A stretch of 64,000 bases of DNA, taken from Bdellovibrionales bacterium (GTDB lineage: Bacteria > Bdellovibrionota > Bdellovibrionia > Bdellovibrionales > JAUICD01). The position numbers were made by a program, and so were the translations under genes. Of this stretch, positions 41,616 to 51,127 are shown piece by piece; position 1 is the first letter of the stretch, and the number at the start of each line of letters is the position of its first letter. The notes beneath the pieces were generated by a model. That model made no database searches. It had not been told where the DNA came from and worked only from the letters and a program-made list of their open reading frames with translations. The stretch lies in contig OZ241865.1 of NCBI GenBank assembly GCA_965203275.1, positions 832,001 to 896,000 on the forward strand, written 5' to 3'.

Positions 41616-44546
41616 TTAAAAATTCACTTCATTCAATGAAGTCACCACATCAAAATCAACATGAACCTTCTTAAAATGATCTCGTCCACAATCTACCTTG
41701 TGTTTTTCTTTTAGACGTAGTTCTTCTGTTGTCGTGGTGTATTTTGTCTCTCTAATAAAATAAAGCTTTTCTTCTCTTTCAGTGACAAAAGCCCAATCTG
41801 GATTATAAGGACCAAAAGGTGTGTCCACTTTAAACCAATAAGGTAGCTTAACAAAAAGTTTGACATATTCATTGTTGTCTAAGTCTCTAGCAAATTGTTC
41901 TTCTATCCTGGAATCAAAAGCAATAGAATCATAAAGAGATTTGTCTTTATGTTTGAGTTTATAAAGATTTTTCATATAGCGAGTAATTCCTTTTTGAGCA
42001 TCCTCCTCAATTCGTTTCATCTCATAAATGCCATCTTTGATCTTCTTATATTGAAGGCCTTTTGCAATCAAGCCTTGTTGAGCATCACGAATGGCACTTA
42101 AAATATTTTCCATAAAAGGATAAGGATTTTTCATAAATTCTTCTAACCTATTTGATTGATGAAGAATATCAAACAGGGTCTTACGACTGATCTTTGTCTT
42201 CTTGTGAAGATAAGCTATCATATTTGGAATGCGAGATGGACGGATTGTTTTGTATTTAAGAGAGTGATCTGTTTGAGTTGTGTTGATACCTGCTCTTGTG
42301 ATTTCAATGTTTGCCTTTGTAGAGGCTATTTTAAGAGGATCAATGGATTTGATATTTTGGATTTCTTGCACAGCATTTTTGATTAATTTTTGTGTACTGA
42401 AAGAAATATAATAAAAAGTTTTTTGATTGATTCGCTCCCAAAGCTCTCTAAAATCCTCACGCAAATAAACTTCTTTATGAAACTGCACTGTTCTTTTTTT
42501 GTGTGCATTAATAATATGCTCTCCTCTTAAAATATATTTTCTCATTTCAGTTATAATTTGATCAGAGAAAACTTCATAAACAGGCTTGATTTTTAAAACA
42601 AAGTTTTCTTGATGTGGATTAAAAATATCTTGTATTTCTCCTACCTGATTAATATATCCATGATCTTTTAAATCTTGCCATATCTTTGCTGATTGAGCTT
42701 GTCCTATAGGCAGGTCACAACCCGCTGGAATGATCTGAGAAAAAGCATGTTTTTCAATCCTGCTAAGTATAATGCCTGTTGCGTCTTCATATTCTTTTTG
42801 TAAAGCTGTGGCGTATTCTCTATAACCTTCTGAAGCAGTAACTGTCAGACGATTCCAAGTTTCGTTACCTAGATGCATTCGCCGGCCTTTTTGATTCACA
42901 GGTAATCTCAAACCTCTACCAAGCTGTTGTCTACGCTCTATTTCAGAATAAACATCTCTTAAAGTGCAAATTTGAAAGACATTAGGATTATCCCATCCTT
43001 CTTTTAATGTGCTATGACTAAAAATAAATCGTAGAGGTTCTTTAGCATCTAATAGTTGTTCTTTATCACGCATAATTAAAGTGTATGTATCTCCGTCGTC
43101 TTTGGTGTTACCCCTTGTGTCTTTGACCATGCCTTTTTTATCTTTAGAAAAATACCCACCATGAATATCTTTTGTAGCAAAAGGGATTAAACCTTTATGT
43201 TGGATAGAAATTTCATTATAGCATTCTTCAAACCACTGACCTATTGGGCCTAATTGAGTTGTGCCATCTTCATTATAAACACGATAGTCAGCGACCTTAT
43301 CAACAAAAAACAAAGATAATACTTTTATACCTTGCTTTTGAAATATAATTTCTTTTTTGAGATGTTGTTGAATGGTTTCCCTCACCATAGCCTTCATCAA
43401 ATCTTGTTGATGAGGAGAGCCACCTATAGACTGCCCTTTGATCACTTTATACCCATTGCTTAAAGTTATTTCAGAGCGAGTATCTATATCCTTTATGATA
43501 AAACCATGGCGATAAACAAAATGTTTATTGGATTTTTTGTAAAGGTCATCATGTTGCCTGACCCATATTTGTTCTTTTTTTAAACTTTTTGCAGTTTTTT
43601 TATATATTTCAAGTTTTGCTTGAATATTATGACGACCCTTACCTGGTTTGCCTTCTAAATATCTCACATACCCTGTGACATAATCTTCGTCTTTATGGAC
43701 AGAGGCGACTTCAATTTTTTTCACTAGGTTTTGTTCAAAGGCTTCAATGGGTCCCAACTTATAAAGTAGGTTGTAAGGATTTTTGTGGGTTGCACTGTAA
43801 CGCAAAGTCAAAGCAGGGTTGAGTTGCTTTATAGCTTTTTGAGATTTAGGTGTGCTATCTACACTTTGAGGTTCATCTATAATCACAATAGGATGGGTAG
43901 ATTGGATAAACTCTATAGGACGTCCACCCATTCTATCGTTATCTACATAAATAATATTTCGAAGTTTTTTTATGTTTTCAGTTTCATTACCATCGGATAT
44001 ATCTTTTTGAAAAGCTTGAATGTTCATCACCATAATAGAAATATCATGATTATTTTGAAAAGTTCTTACTTTATGTAATTGTTTGGAATCATAAAGGTCA
44101 TATTCAAAAGGCACTTGATCATATTGACTTCTAAAATGCTCTTTTGTCATTTCAATGCTTTTGATCACACCTTCTCGAATGGCCACACTAGGGACCACAA
44201 CAATAAACTTCTTAAAACCATATTGTTTATTTAGCTCAAAGATAGTTCGTAAATAAACATAAGTTTTACCTGTACCCGTTTCCATCTCTATAGAAAAATG
44301 CCTTCCTTGAAGGGTATCAACTTGAGGGATGTTGTTTCTTTCTTGAATAAGACGAGTGTTTTTTAAAAATTGGCTATCTGTAAGAAGAACATTATTAGCC
44401 AGTCCTAACCCTTGTGAGGCAAAATCTAAATTACCTTTAACATCAAAACGTTGTTGCCCAAGAGCTTTTTGCCCATTAAAAAGATCAATGACAGCCTTTA
44501 TAGCTTTTTGTTGATGTTCCAGCTGGGGATCAAAAGTCCATTGCAT
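41616..44546 (-). CDS. res: Type III restriction endonuclease subunit
   Basis: EMETGTGKT, IIDEPQ, LRYSAT, EGWDNPNVFQIC, QQLGRGLR, YNPDW...ETK (PD-ExK). Confidence 0.95.
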   Translation of the reverse strand: MQWTFDPQLEHQQKAIKAVIDLFNGQKALGQQRFDVKGNLDFASQGLGLANNVLLTDSQFLKNTRLIQERNNIPQVDTLQGRHFSIEMETGTGKTYVYLRTIFELNKQYGFKKFIVVVPSVAIREGVIKSIEMTKEHFRSQYDQVPFEYDLYDSKQLHKVRTFQNNHDISIMVMNIQAFQKDISDGNETENIKKLRNIIYVDNDRMGGRPIEFIQSTHPIVIIDEPQSVDSTPKSQKAIKQLNPALTLRYSATHKNPYNLLYKLGPIEAFEQNLVKKIEVASVHKDEDYVTGYVRYLEGKPGKGRHNIQAKLEIYKKTAKSLKKEQIWVRQHDDLYKKSNKHFVYRHGFIIKDIDTRSEITLSNGYKVIKGQSIGGSPHQQDLMKAMVRETIQQHLKKEIIFQKQGIKVLSLFFVDKVADYRVYNEDGTTQLGPIGQWFEECYNEISIQHKGLIPFATKDIHGGYFSKDKKGMVKDTRGNTKDDGDTYTLIMRDKEQLLDAKEPLRFIFSHSTLKEGWDNPNVFQICTLRDVYSEIERRQQLGRGLRLPVNQKGRRMHLGNETWNRLTVTASEGYREYATALQKEYEDATGIILSRIEKHAFSQIIPAGCDLPIGQAQSAKIWQDLKDHGYINQVGEIQDIFNPHQENFVLKIKPVYEVFSDQIITEMRKYILRGEHIINAHKKRTVQFHKEVYLREDFRELWERINQKTFYYISFSTQKLIKNAVQEIQNIKSIDPLKIASTKANIEITRAGINTTQTDHSLKYKTIRPSRIPNMIAYLHKKTKISRKTLFDILHQSNRLEEFMKNPYPFMENILSAIRDAQQGLIAKGLQYKKIKDGIYEMKRIEEDAQKGITRYMKNLYKLKHKDKSLYDSIAFDSRIEEQFARDLDNNEYVKLFVKLPYWFKVDTPFGPYNPDWAFVTEREEKLYFIRETKYTTTTEELRLKEKHKVDCGRDHFKKVHVDFDVVTSLNEVNF

Positions 44547-44561
44547 TGTTTAAGTTTCCCT

Positions 44562-46519
44562 TTAAATAATTTCTAACTCTATATCAATATTGTGATGGTT
44601 AGCAAAGCTTTTTAAAATCAAATGAGCATTGAGCCTTAACTCGTTATCTTCTTGAAAACAAATATGATCTAAGAAAACCATTTTATAAGATTCTTTTAAA
44701 GTATAAGCTAAATCTTCAACCCATTGCCTTGAAGGTACTTTATCTAAACAAATCAAATAAGAAGCATCCTTTAATGAGTAAAGCTTTACATCTTGAAATG
44801 TTCTTTCTTTAATAGGTTCTGTAAGAGATATACCTTCTTTGATGAGAAATTCATAGAAAAAATCCCATTTAGAAGTTGAAGATCAACATAATCAATTTGT
44901 TCTCTCATCTGATCAAGTAGAAGCTGTGTATCCTGATGTGGTGTATCATCCCACTCTTTGGTATAACATGATCTATCTAACTTAAAAACCTTAAATCCTA
45001 AATCTATTTGCTTTGTGGGATGTGTTTCTTGAATCTTTTGTGTAGCACGGCGGATGCGGTCTTTAGCTATATCGGCTATATTTTTATACCCGGCTTTAAA
45101 AGCCTCTGACTTAGTAGGACAACGTTCAGGTAACTGCACACATATATATTGACGATTAAGGCCATCTTCTGCATTAAGCTCCATGGTTGCATGGGCTGTC
45201 GTCCCTGATCCTGCAAAAAAATCCATCACAATGTCATTCTTTTTAGTTCCAATGTTATTGGCTCCAATGTTATTGGTTCCAATGTTATTGGTTCCAATTT
45301 GGATTAAGTATTTCAAAAGTGTTGTAGGCTTGGTGTATTCTATAAGTTTCTGATTATTAAATAAGCTTTTTATCTCTTTAACAGCTTCAATGTTTTGTTT
45401 GACATATTCTTTTGGTAAGAGTGTTGTAGGTCTTGTCTGTCCGTCACCTAAGTAATCCTTAACAGAAATACTCCAATTTGTTTTTTGTCCATCCACTGTT
45501 TGAAAGCAACTTTGTTTTGTTTTTTTGAATATAATGAGGTTTTGGTCTTTTTTCTTGTTGAAAGTTTCTAAGGTAAACCGATACAAATACCCTGGTTTAG
45601 GAATAATGTGTGTCCCATCTGGCATTTCAATAGGGTACTTTTGATTTTCTCCTGTGCTGGCATTTTGCCAAGCAAATTGTTGCTGGCGATATTTACCTTC
45701 TTCATCTTCCTTATTATATTGATTTTGTGCTTGTAAAGACATAGGAGCATAAAACGATGATATTTGAGAAGTATCTTTCCCATAACATAAGATATATTCA
45801 TTGTTTGAATTAAAATGCTTTTGAGGTAGACCTCCTCCTGTTGAGTTATTCCATATTAGATGAGCAATAAAATTCTCTTTGCCAAAGATTTCATCACATA
45901 AACTTCTCAAATGATGCACCTCGTTATCATCTATGCTAATAAAAATCACTCCATCCTTTCTTAAAAAACTGCGAGCTATGTAAAGCCTCACATACATCAT
46001 GTTCAACCACTTAGAGTGAAACCGCCCATTGCTCTCCACATTCGTTAAAAAGCCATTGCCATTAACATCTTTCTGCCCTGTATATTTTAAATAATGATCA
46101 AGATGGTCAGAATGCTTATCAGGATAAATAAACTCTTTACCTGTGTTATAAGGTGGGTCAATATAGATCATTTTGACTTGACCTAAATAAGACCTTTGCA
46201 AAATTTTCAAAACCTCTAAGTTCTCACCCTCAATAAAAAGATTGCCTGTTGTATCCCAATTAAGAGATTCTGCTTTGCAGGGTTTAAGTATACCTTTAGC
46301 AGGAGCTTGAATGACCTTTGCACATTCTGATTTACCTGCCCAAGTCAAACCGAACTTTTCTTTCCCTTGATCGACCCACTGACCTAACACCCTCTGGAGT
46401 TGCTCAAAGTCAATTTGGTCTTCTTTAAAAACTTCTGGAAAGATGCTTTTAAGCTGTTTTTGCTTTTCTTTAGCTACATCCATTGATTTAAAAGAGGCCT
46501 TTAAGGGGCTACCTGACAT
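44562..46519 (-). pseudogene. mod: Type III DNA methyltransferase subunit, frameshifted near 44880
   Basis: IYIDPPY and DFFAGSGTT motifs. The conserved tail continues in another frame (STSKWDFFYEFLIKEGISLTEPI...YLICLDK) to 44562. Confidence 0.88.
45246..45298 (-). repeat. 15-bp in-frame tandem repeat (about 3.5 copies) inside mod
   Basis: G(T/C)TCCAATGTTATTG units encode IGTNN-IGTNN-IGANN-IGT. Confidence 0.9.
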
Positions 46520-46600
46520 ATTTACTCCTACCGGTCAATGTTATTATAGCCTTAACACAGAGGGCTATTGCAATAAAAGAAATTCTTACACATATTATTT

Positions 46601-47488
46601 TTAGAGTGAATTTTTAGGCCTGTTTTGCATTATTTGTGAGCATATTTGAGAAGCCATTTGAGAGAGGCGAAGTGTTAAACGACTGACTTGACTGATCTGA
46701 TCCAGAGAAAAAAACTGCACTTCTTGAAAAAAGGGGTAGGACTTCCAATAACGAATGACTTGATCTTGATTGTCTATATCATTAGCAAAATTAAGAATCT
46801 TATCTGGTTTTAAATGAGCAAGCACTTCTCTTGAGACTTTTTGATATCCTTTTTGTTTAAAGACGTTGGTTCCACCACATTTTTGAATGAGTTGATCAAG
46901 GTGTGTTTGCTGACCTGCAAGTATCAAGGGATTTTGATCCACTTGAATAATAACCTTCATGTTTTTATTAGCAGTAGGTATTTTATTCCAATTATTTTGC
47001 CATTCTTGAATTATCTCGCCACCTCTTTTCTGCACAGAGAATGTCTTTGCTAAAATTTTAATATTTTGTTCAAAGTCTAAAAGAGATTGTGTATTTAAAA
47101 CAATGAGTGGAATTTTTGCTTTATGCAAAGTAGATGAAATCGTATCAACCCCTTCCTTGACAGCAATGACAATAGTCGGTTTAAGTGCTAAGACCATCTC
47201 TAAATTGGGTCTTTGGTAATCACCAATACGTTGAATCTTTTTAGCTTCTATAGGATCATCAGAGTATCTTGTTGTTCCTACAATCAAATGACCTAAACCC
47301 AGATCAAAGAGTATCTGTGTTGTAGCTGGAGATAAACTAATTATACGGTGGATTGGCTTCTGAGGTTTTTGATAGGATGCCTTTTGCTGTTGACTTGCTA
47401 AAAGGTTTACTGTTGTCGATATGGTGCATCCGCAAAAAGATATAATAAATAATGTGCTTCTAAAATGGACTTTGACATTTCTGAACAT
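46601..47488 (-). CDS. Helical-backbone periplasmic binding protein (BtuF/cobalamin-siderophore type)
   Basis: RIISLSPATTQILFDLG, PNLEMVLALKP, GGTNVF. Confidence 0.88.
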   Translation of the reverse strand: MFRNVKVHFRSTLFIISFCGCTISTTVNLLASQQQKASYQKPQKPIHRIISLSPATTQILFDLGLGHLIVGTTRYSDDPIEAKKIQRIGDYQRPNLEMVLALKPTIVIAVKEGVDTISSTLHKAKIPLIVLNTQSLLDFEQNIKILAKTFSVQKRGGEIIQEWQNNWNKIPTANKNMKVIIQVDQNPLILAGQQTHLDQLIQKCGGTNVFKQKGYQKVSREVLAHLKPDKILNFANDIDNQDQVIRYWKSYPFFQEVQFFSLDQISQVSRLTLRLSQMASQICSQIMQNRPKNSL

Positions 47489-47657
47489 TTTACACCTTTA
47501 TTCCATTAACAACCATTCAAATATTATTGGCACATCACTGTCAATGTCAGAATCAAAATACAGTGACAAGTTAAATCTTAGAGAAAAACAGAAACATGCA
47601 GGCACTCTAACGAGTTATTGTAAAATATTTGTAGTCTTATGGACAATGACAAAATAT

Positions 47658-47740
47658 TGGTGCGGGTGGAGGGATTCGAACCCCCACGCTAAAGCATTAG
47701 ATCCTAAGTCTAACGTGTCTGCCAATTTCACCACACCCGC
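47658..47740 (-). tRNA. tRNA-Leu(TAG)
   Basis: Reverse complement reads GCGGGTGTGGTGAAATTGGCAGACACGTTAGACTTAGGATCTAA...GGTTCGAATCCCTCCACCCGCACCA. Confidence 0.96.
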
Positions 47741-47958
47741 AAACCCCGCAAAAAAATATAAACTCTTATGTCAGTATGATATATTACTTTCCAAAAATTG
47801 TCGACCTCTAAAAAAGAATTTATTCATTTAGTAAATCACAACTATAAAGATAGGTCTCTTAAATGTTTCATATCTCTTTTTTCTCTCTAAAATGACTTTA
47901 CAATGCTGGTGATTTGTTTTAAACAAGTAGCAAAACAAACATAATAGGTTCAAATACA

Positions 47959-49386
47959 ATGGCTGTAAAGACTGTTTTTATTTGTCAAAATTGTGGTTCT
48001 CAAAGGAGTAAATGGGAAGGGCGATGCACTGATTGCGGGGAATGGAATACCTTTCAAGAAGAAACCACATCTAAAACTTCTTCTAAACAACAAGAATGGG
48101 GACTTGATCAAGGTTCTGATGAGGTGATACGCTCTAGCCATATTTTAAAAAAAGCAAATATTGCTTGTTTGCCTTCTGGTTCTACAGAGCTAGATCGTAG
48201 CTTAGGTGGAGGTGTTGTCCCTGGAAGCCTTGTCCTTTTAGGAGGCGACCCGGGTATTGGCAAATCGACTCTTTTGTTGCAAATGGCAGGGCGATACAGT
48301 GCCAATCAGCAAAAGGTTCTTTATATTTCTGCCGAAGAAAGTATTCAACAATCTGCCCTCAGGGCCCAAAGGTTAGGTATCTTTGAGGAACTTTTAGAAA
48401 TTGGCAGTCAAAGCAATCTAGATCACATTATTCAACTGGTAGACAAAACAAAACCTTTTTGCCTGATCATAGATTCTATTCAAACAGTCTTCGCCCCTCA
48501 AATTCTCTCAGCTCCTGGTACAGTTTCTCAAGTCAGAGAATGTGCTGCTCGCCTGATGGCATTGGCTAAAAATAAAAACATTGCTACTTTCTTAGTAGGG
48601 CATGTGACAAAAGAAGGTGAACTAGCTGGACCTAAAGTATTAGAACATATTGTGGACACTGTGTTATCCTTTGAAGGTGATACCCATTACCAATATCGTC
48701 TTTTAAGAACCCTTAAAAATAGATTTGGTTCCACTTATGAACTGGGTGTTTTTGAGATGACTTCCTCCGGACTCAAGGATGTCCCCAATCCCTCAGAGAT
48801 GTTTTTGCAAGGCCATGTCAATTCATCTATAGGTTCTGCTGTGACAGCTTCCCTTGAAGGTTCTCGACCTGTTTTGTGTGAGGTCCAAGCTCTTTCTGTC
48901 AGGTCTTATGCCACGCTACCTCGACGTACTTGTTTGGGGGTTGACCCGAATAGATTATTTTTAATTTTAGCTGTGTTAGATAAATTTATGCGTTATGATT
49001 TTTCTAGAAAAGATGTTTTTGTCAATGTCGTTGGGGGATTAAAAATTAAAGAAACAGCTATAGACTTAAGCATTTGTGCAGCCTTGCTCTCTTCAGAGAG
49101 AAATAAAACTTTACCTTTAAAGGCCTGTTTTTTTGGAGAGCTAGGTTTAACTGGTGAAATTCGAAGTGTTCCCTTTTTGGATATTCGTTTAAAAGAAGGG
49201 CAGAAATTAGGGTTTAAAGAATTCTTTATCCCTCAATCAAGAGAGCATTCTATAAAAAATATTGCAGATGGGGTGAATGTGCATCAGATAGGGCATCTTT
49301 CTCAACTCAAGGATTTGCTTCATGTACATACACAAGATCAACTAAAAGAAAGGAGACAAAATGGCTTTAGCACTACAGCTTCCTAA
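47959..49386 (+). CDS. radA: DNA repair protein RadA/Sms
   Basis: C4 zinc finger, GDPGIGKST, KNRFG. Confidence 0.97.
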   Translation: MAVKTVFICQNCGSQRSKWEGRCTDCGEWNTFQEETTSKTSSKQQEWGLDQGSDEVIRSSHILKKANIACLPSGSTELDRSLGGGVVPGSLVLLGGDPGIGKSTLLLQMAGRYSANQQKVLYISAEESIQQSALRAQRLGIFEELLEIGSQSNLDHIIQLVDKTKPFCLIIDSIQTVFAPQILSAPGTVSQVRECAARLMALAKNKNIATFLVGHVTKEGELAGPKVLEHIVDTVLSFEGDTHYQYRLLRTLKNRFGSTYELGVFEMTSSGLKDVPNPSEMFLQGHVNSSIGSAVTASLEGSRPVLCEVQALSVRSYATLPRRTCLGVDPNRLFLILAVLDKFMRYDFSRKDVFVNVVGGLKIKETAIDLSICAALLSSERNKTLPLKACFFGELGLTGEIRSVPFLDIRLKEGQKLGFKEFFIPQSREHSIKNIADGVNVHQIGHLSQLKDLLHVHTQDQLKERRQNGFSTTAS

Positions 49387-50206
49387 TTTTTTAACAATTC
49401 TTCGTATGCTTTTAACTCCTGTTATTATTTTTTGCTTGTATCATGGTACAGATTTTTGGAGTAATATGGCTGTGTGTTTTTTTGCTATAGCTTCTCTAAC
49501 AGATTATTTTGATGGTTTTTTAGCTAGAAAATATCAATTAAAGTCTGCTTTCGGGCAACTCTTAGATCCTGTAGCAGATAAGATTTTGGTCAATAGCGTA
49601 CTGATCATGTTGATCGGACAGTTAGATGTTTTTATTGTGATTATATTGATCATAAGAGACATTCTTGTTCAAGGTGTACGTAGCTGTGCTGCTGCGGAGA
49701 ATTTAATTATTCCAGCTATTCATACAGGCAAATGGAAAACTGTCTTTCAAATGGCAGGACTTATGACCATTATGATAAAACTACCTTTTACACTTCCTCT
49801 TTATGAAATAGGTTATGGTCTGCTGTGTGTCAGTGTGGTGTTAAGTTTGATTTCAGGTTATCAGTATTGCCATCAATATGCTCAGTTTGTTCAAAGTAGC
49901 AAGACAAAAACAAATGAAAAGCAAACAGAACTGCACAACGAAAAACAAATAAAAATATTAGAGCTTTTAAATGGTTCGCCTTTATATCAAAAAGAGATCA
50001 GTGAAAAAATAGGCTATGATAGTAGGCATAAAGATGGTTTGGCTCATACCGATTTAAAGTATTTAGAAGGGAAAAAACTCATCAAAAAACTCAAAGACAA
50101 TGAAGTCAAAGATTTAAAAGAAAAATTTGAAGGCCTTGAAAGGCGAGCTAGTAGCTTCTATAAAATCACTGACAAAGGAAAAAGCTTTTTTAACAGATCA
50201 TCTTAA
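49361..50206 (+). CDS. pgsA: CDP-diacylglycerol--glycerol-3-phosphate phosphatidyltransferase with ~95-aa C-terminal extension
   Basis: LPNFLTILR, TDYFDGFLARK...FGQLLDPVADK, GKWKT. Confidence 0.92.
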   Translation: MALALQLPNFLTILRMLLTPVIIFCLYHGTDFWSNMAVCFFAIASLTDYFDGFLARKYQLKSAFGQLLDPVADKILVNSVLIMLIGQLDVFIVIILIIRDILVQGVRSCAAAENLIIPAIHTGKWKTVFQMAGLMTIMIKLPFTLPLYEIGYGLLCVSVVLSLISGYQYCHQYAQFVQSSKTKTNEKQTELHNEKQIKILELLNGSPLYQKEISEKIGYDSRHKDGLAHTDLKYLEGKKLIKKLKDNEVKDLKEKFEGLERRASSFYKITDKGKSFFNRSS

Positions 50207-50356
50207 ATTTTAACAAATATTTTTAATGGAAGCTCTTTTCCTTACCTGTAAACTTTAAAATAAGGCCAAGATATTTTTTATGATGTCTGATGCTGAAGGG
50301 TCAAAGGCCAAGGCCAAGATATTGACATAACTCCTATAAAACCTTAACTTAAATAT

Positions 50357-51127
50357 ATGCATCCTTTTTTAATCCCTCACTCATCTTTTTTGCTACCCAC
50401 TTATGTTTTTATTATGTCCATGATTTATTGTTTTAGCTTGATTTGGGCAGTTAAACGAGCTGATGATCAAAATATTTCCCGTCATCGGGTATTAGATTAC
50501 TCTCTAGCTATTATGATTTTAGGGTGTGTTGGGGCTAGATTGTTTCATGTACTCTTTGAGTATCCTGATTATTATATTGAAAATCCTTTGGATATATTTT
50601 TACTTTATCAAGGAGGATTTGTTTTTTATGGTGGTTTTTTATTTGTTCTCTTAGGATGTTTTATCATCGTCAAATATCGTAGGGATCGCTTAACGATCTG
50701 GTTGGATTTCTTTACCCCTATTGTGGCTTTGGGTTACGCTGTGGGACGACTTGGATGTTTTTTAGCAGGATGTTGTTATGGAAAATCTTCAGATCTTATA
50801 TGGTCGGTCACCTTTCCTTTAGGGGTTGAAGCTCCAGCTAATACACACCTTCATCCCACACAGCTTTATTCTTCTTTGTTGGGTTTTATGGCTTTCATAT
50901 TTGTGTTATTTGCAGAGAGAAAAAAGATTTTTCCAACAGGTGGACTTTTTTTTGGTTGGCTTTTACTCCACAGTATCAGTCGATTCATTGTGGAACCTTT
51001 TAGAGGTGATTGGAGAGGAGAGACTTTTTTATCTTTAAGTTTGTCATCTTGGGTTAGTAGCTTATTAGCTGTCACTGCTCTTTTAGCTTTGTTTTATTGT
51101 GGTAAAGCCTCATCTAAAAGTGGATAA
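50357..51127 (+). CDS. lgt: Prolipoprotein diacylglyceryl transferase
   Basis: GARLFHV, GGFVFYGG, GRLGCFLAGCCYG, HPTQLY, RFIVEPFR. Confidence 0.94.
   Translation: MHPFLIPHSSFLLPTYVFIMSMIYCFSLIWAVKRADDQNISRHRVLDYSLAIMILGCVGARLFHVLFEYPDYYIENPLDIFLLYQGGFVFYGGFLFVLLGCFIIVKYRRDRLTIWLDFFTPIVALGYAVGRLGCFLAGCCYGKSSDLIWSVTFPLGVEAPANTHLHPTQLYSSLLGFMAFIFVLFAERKKIFPTGGLFFGWLLLHSISRFIVEPFRGDWRGETFLSLSLSSWVSSLLAVTALLALFYCGKASSKSG

Noticed and set aside
47421..47831. 136-aa plus-strand ORF
   Set aside because: It runs antisense across tRNA-Leu and the binding-protein start, so it is a shadow ORF.
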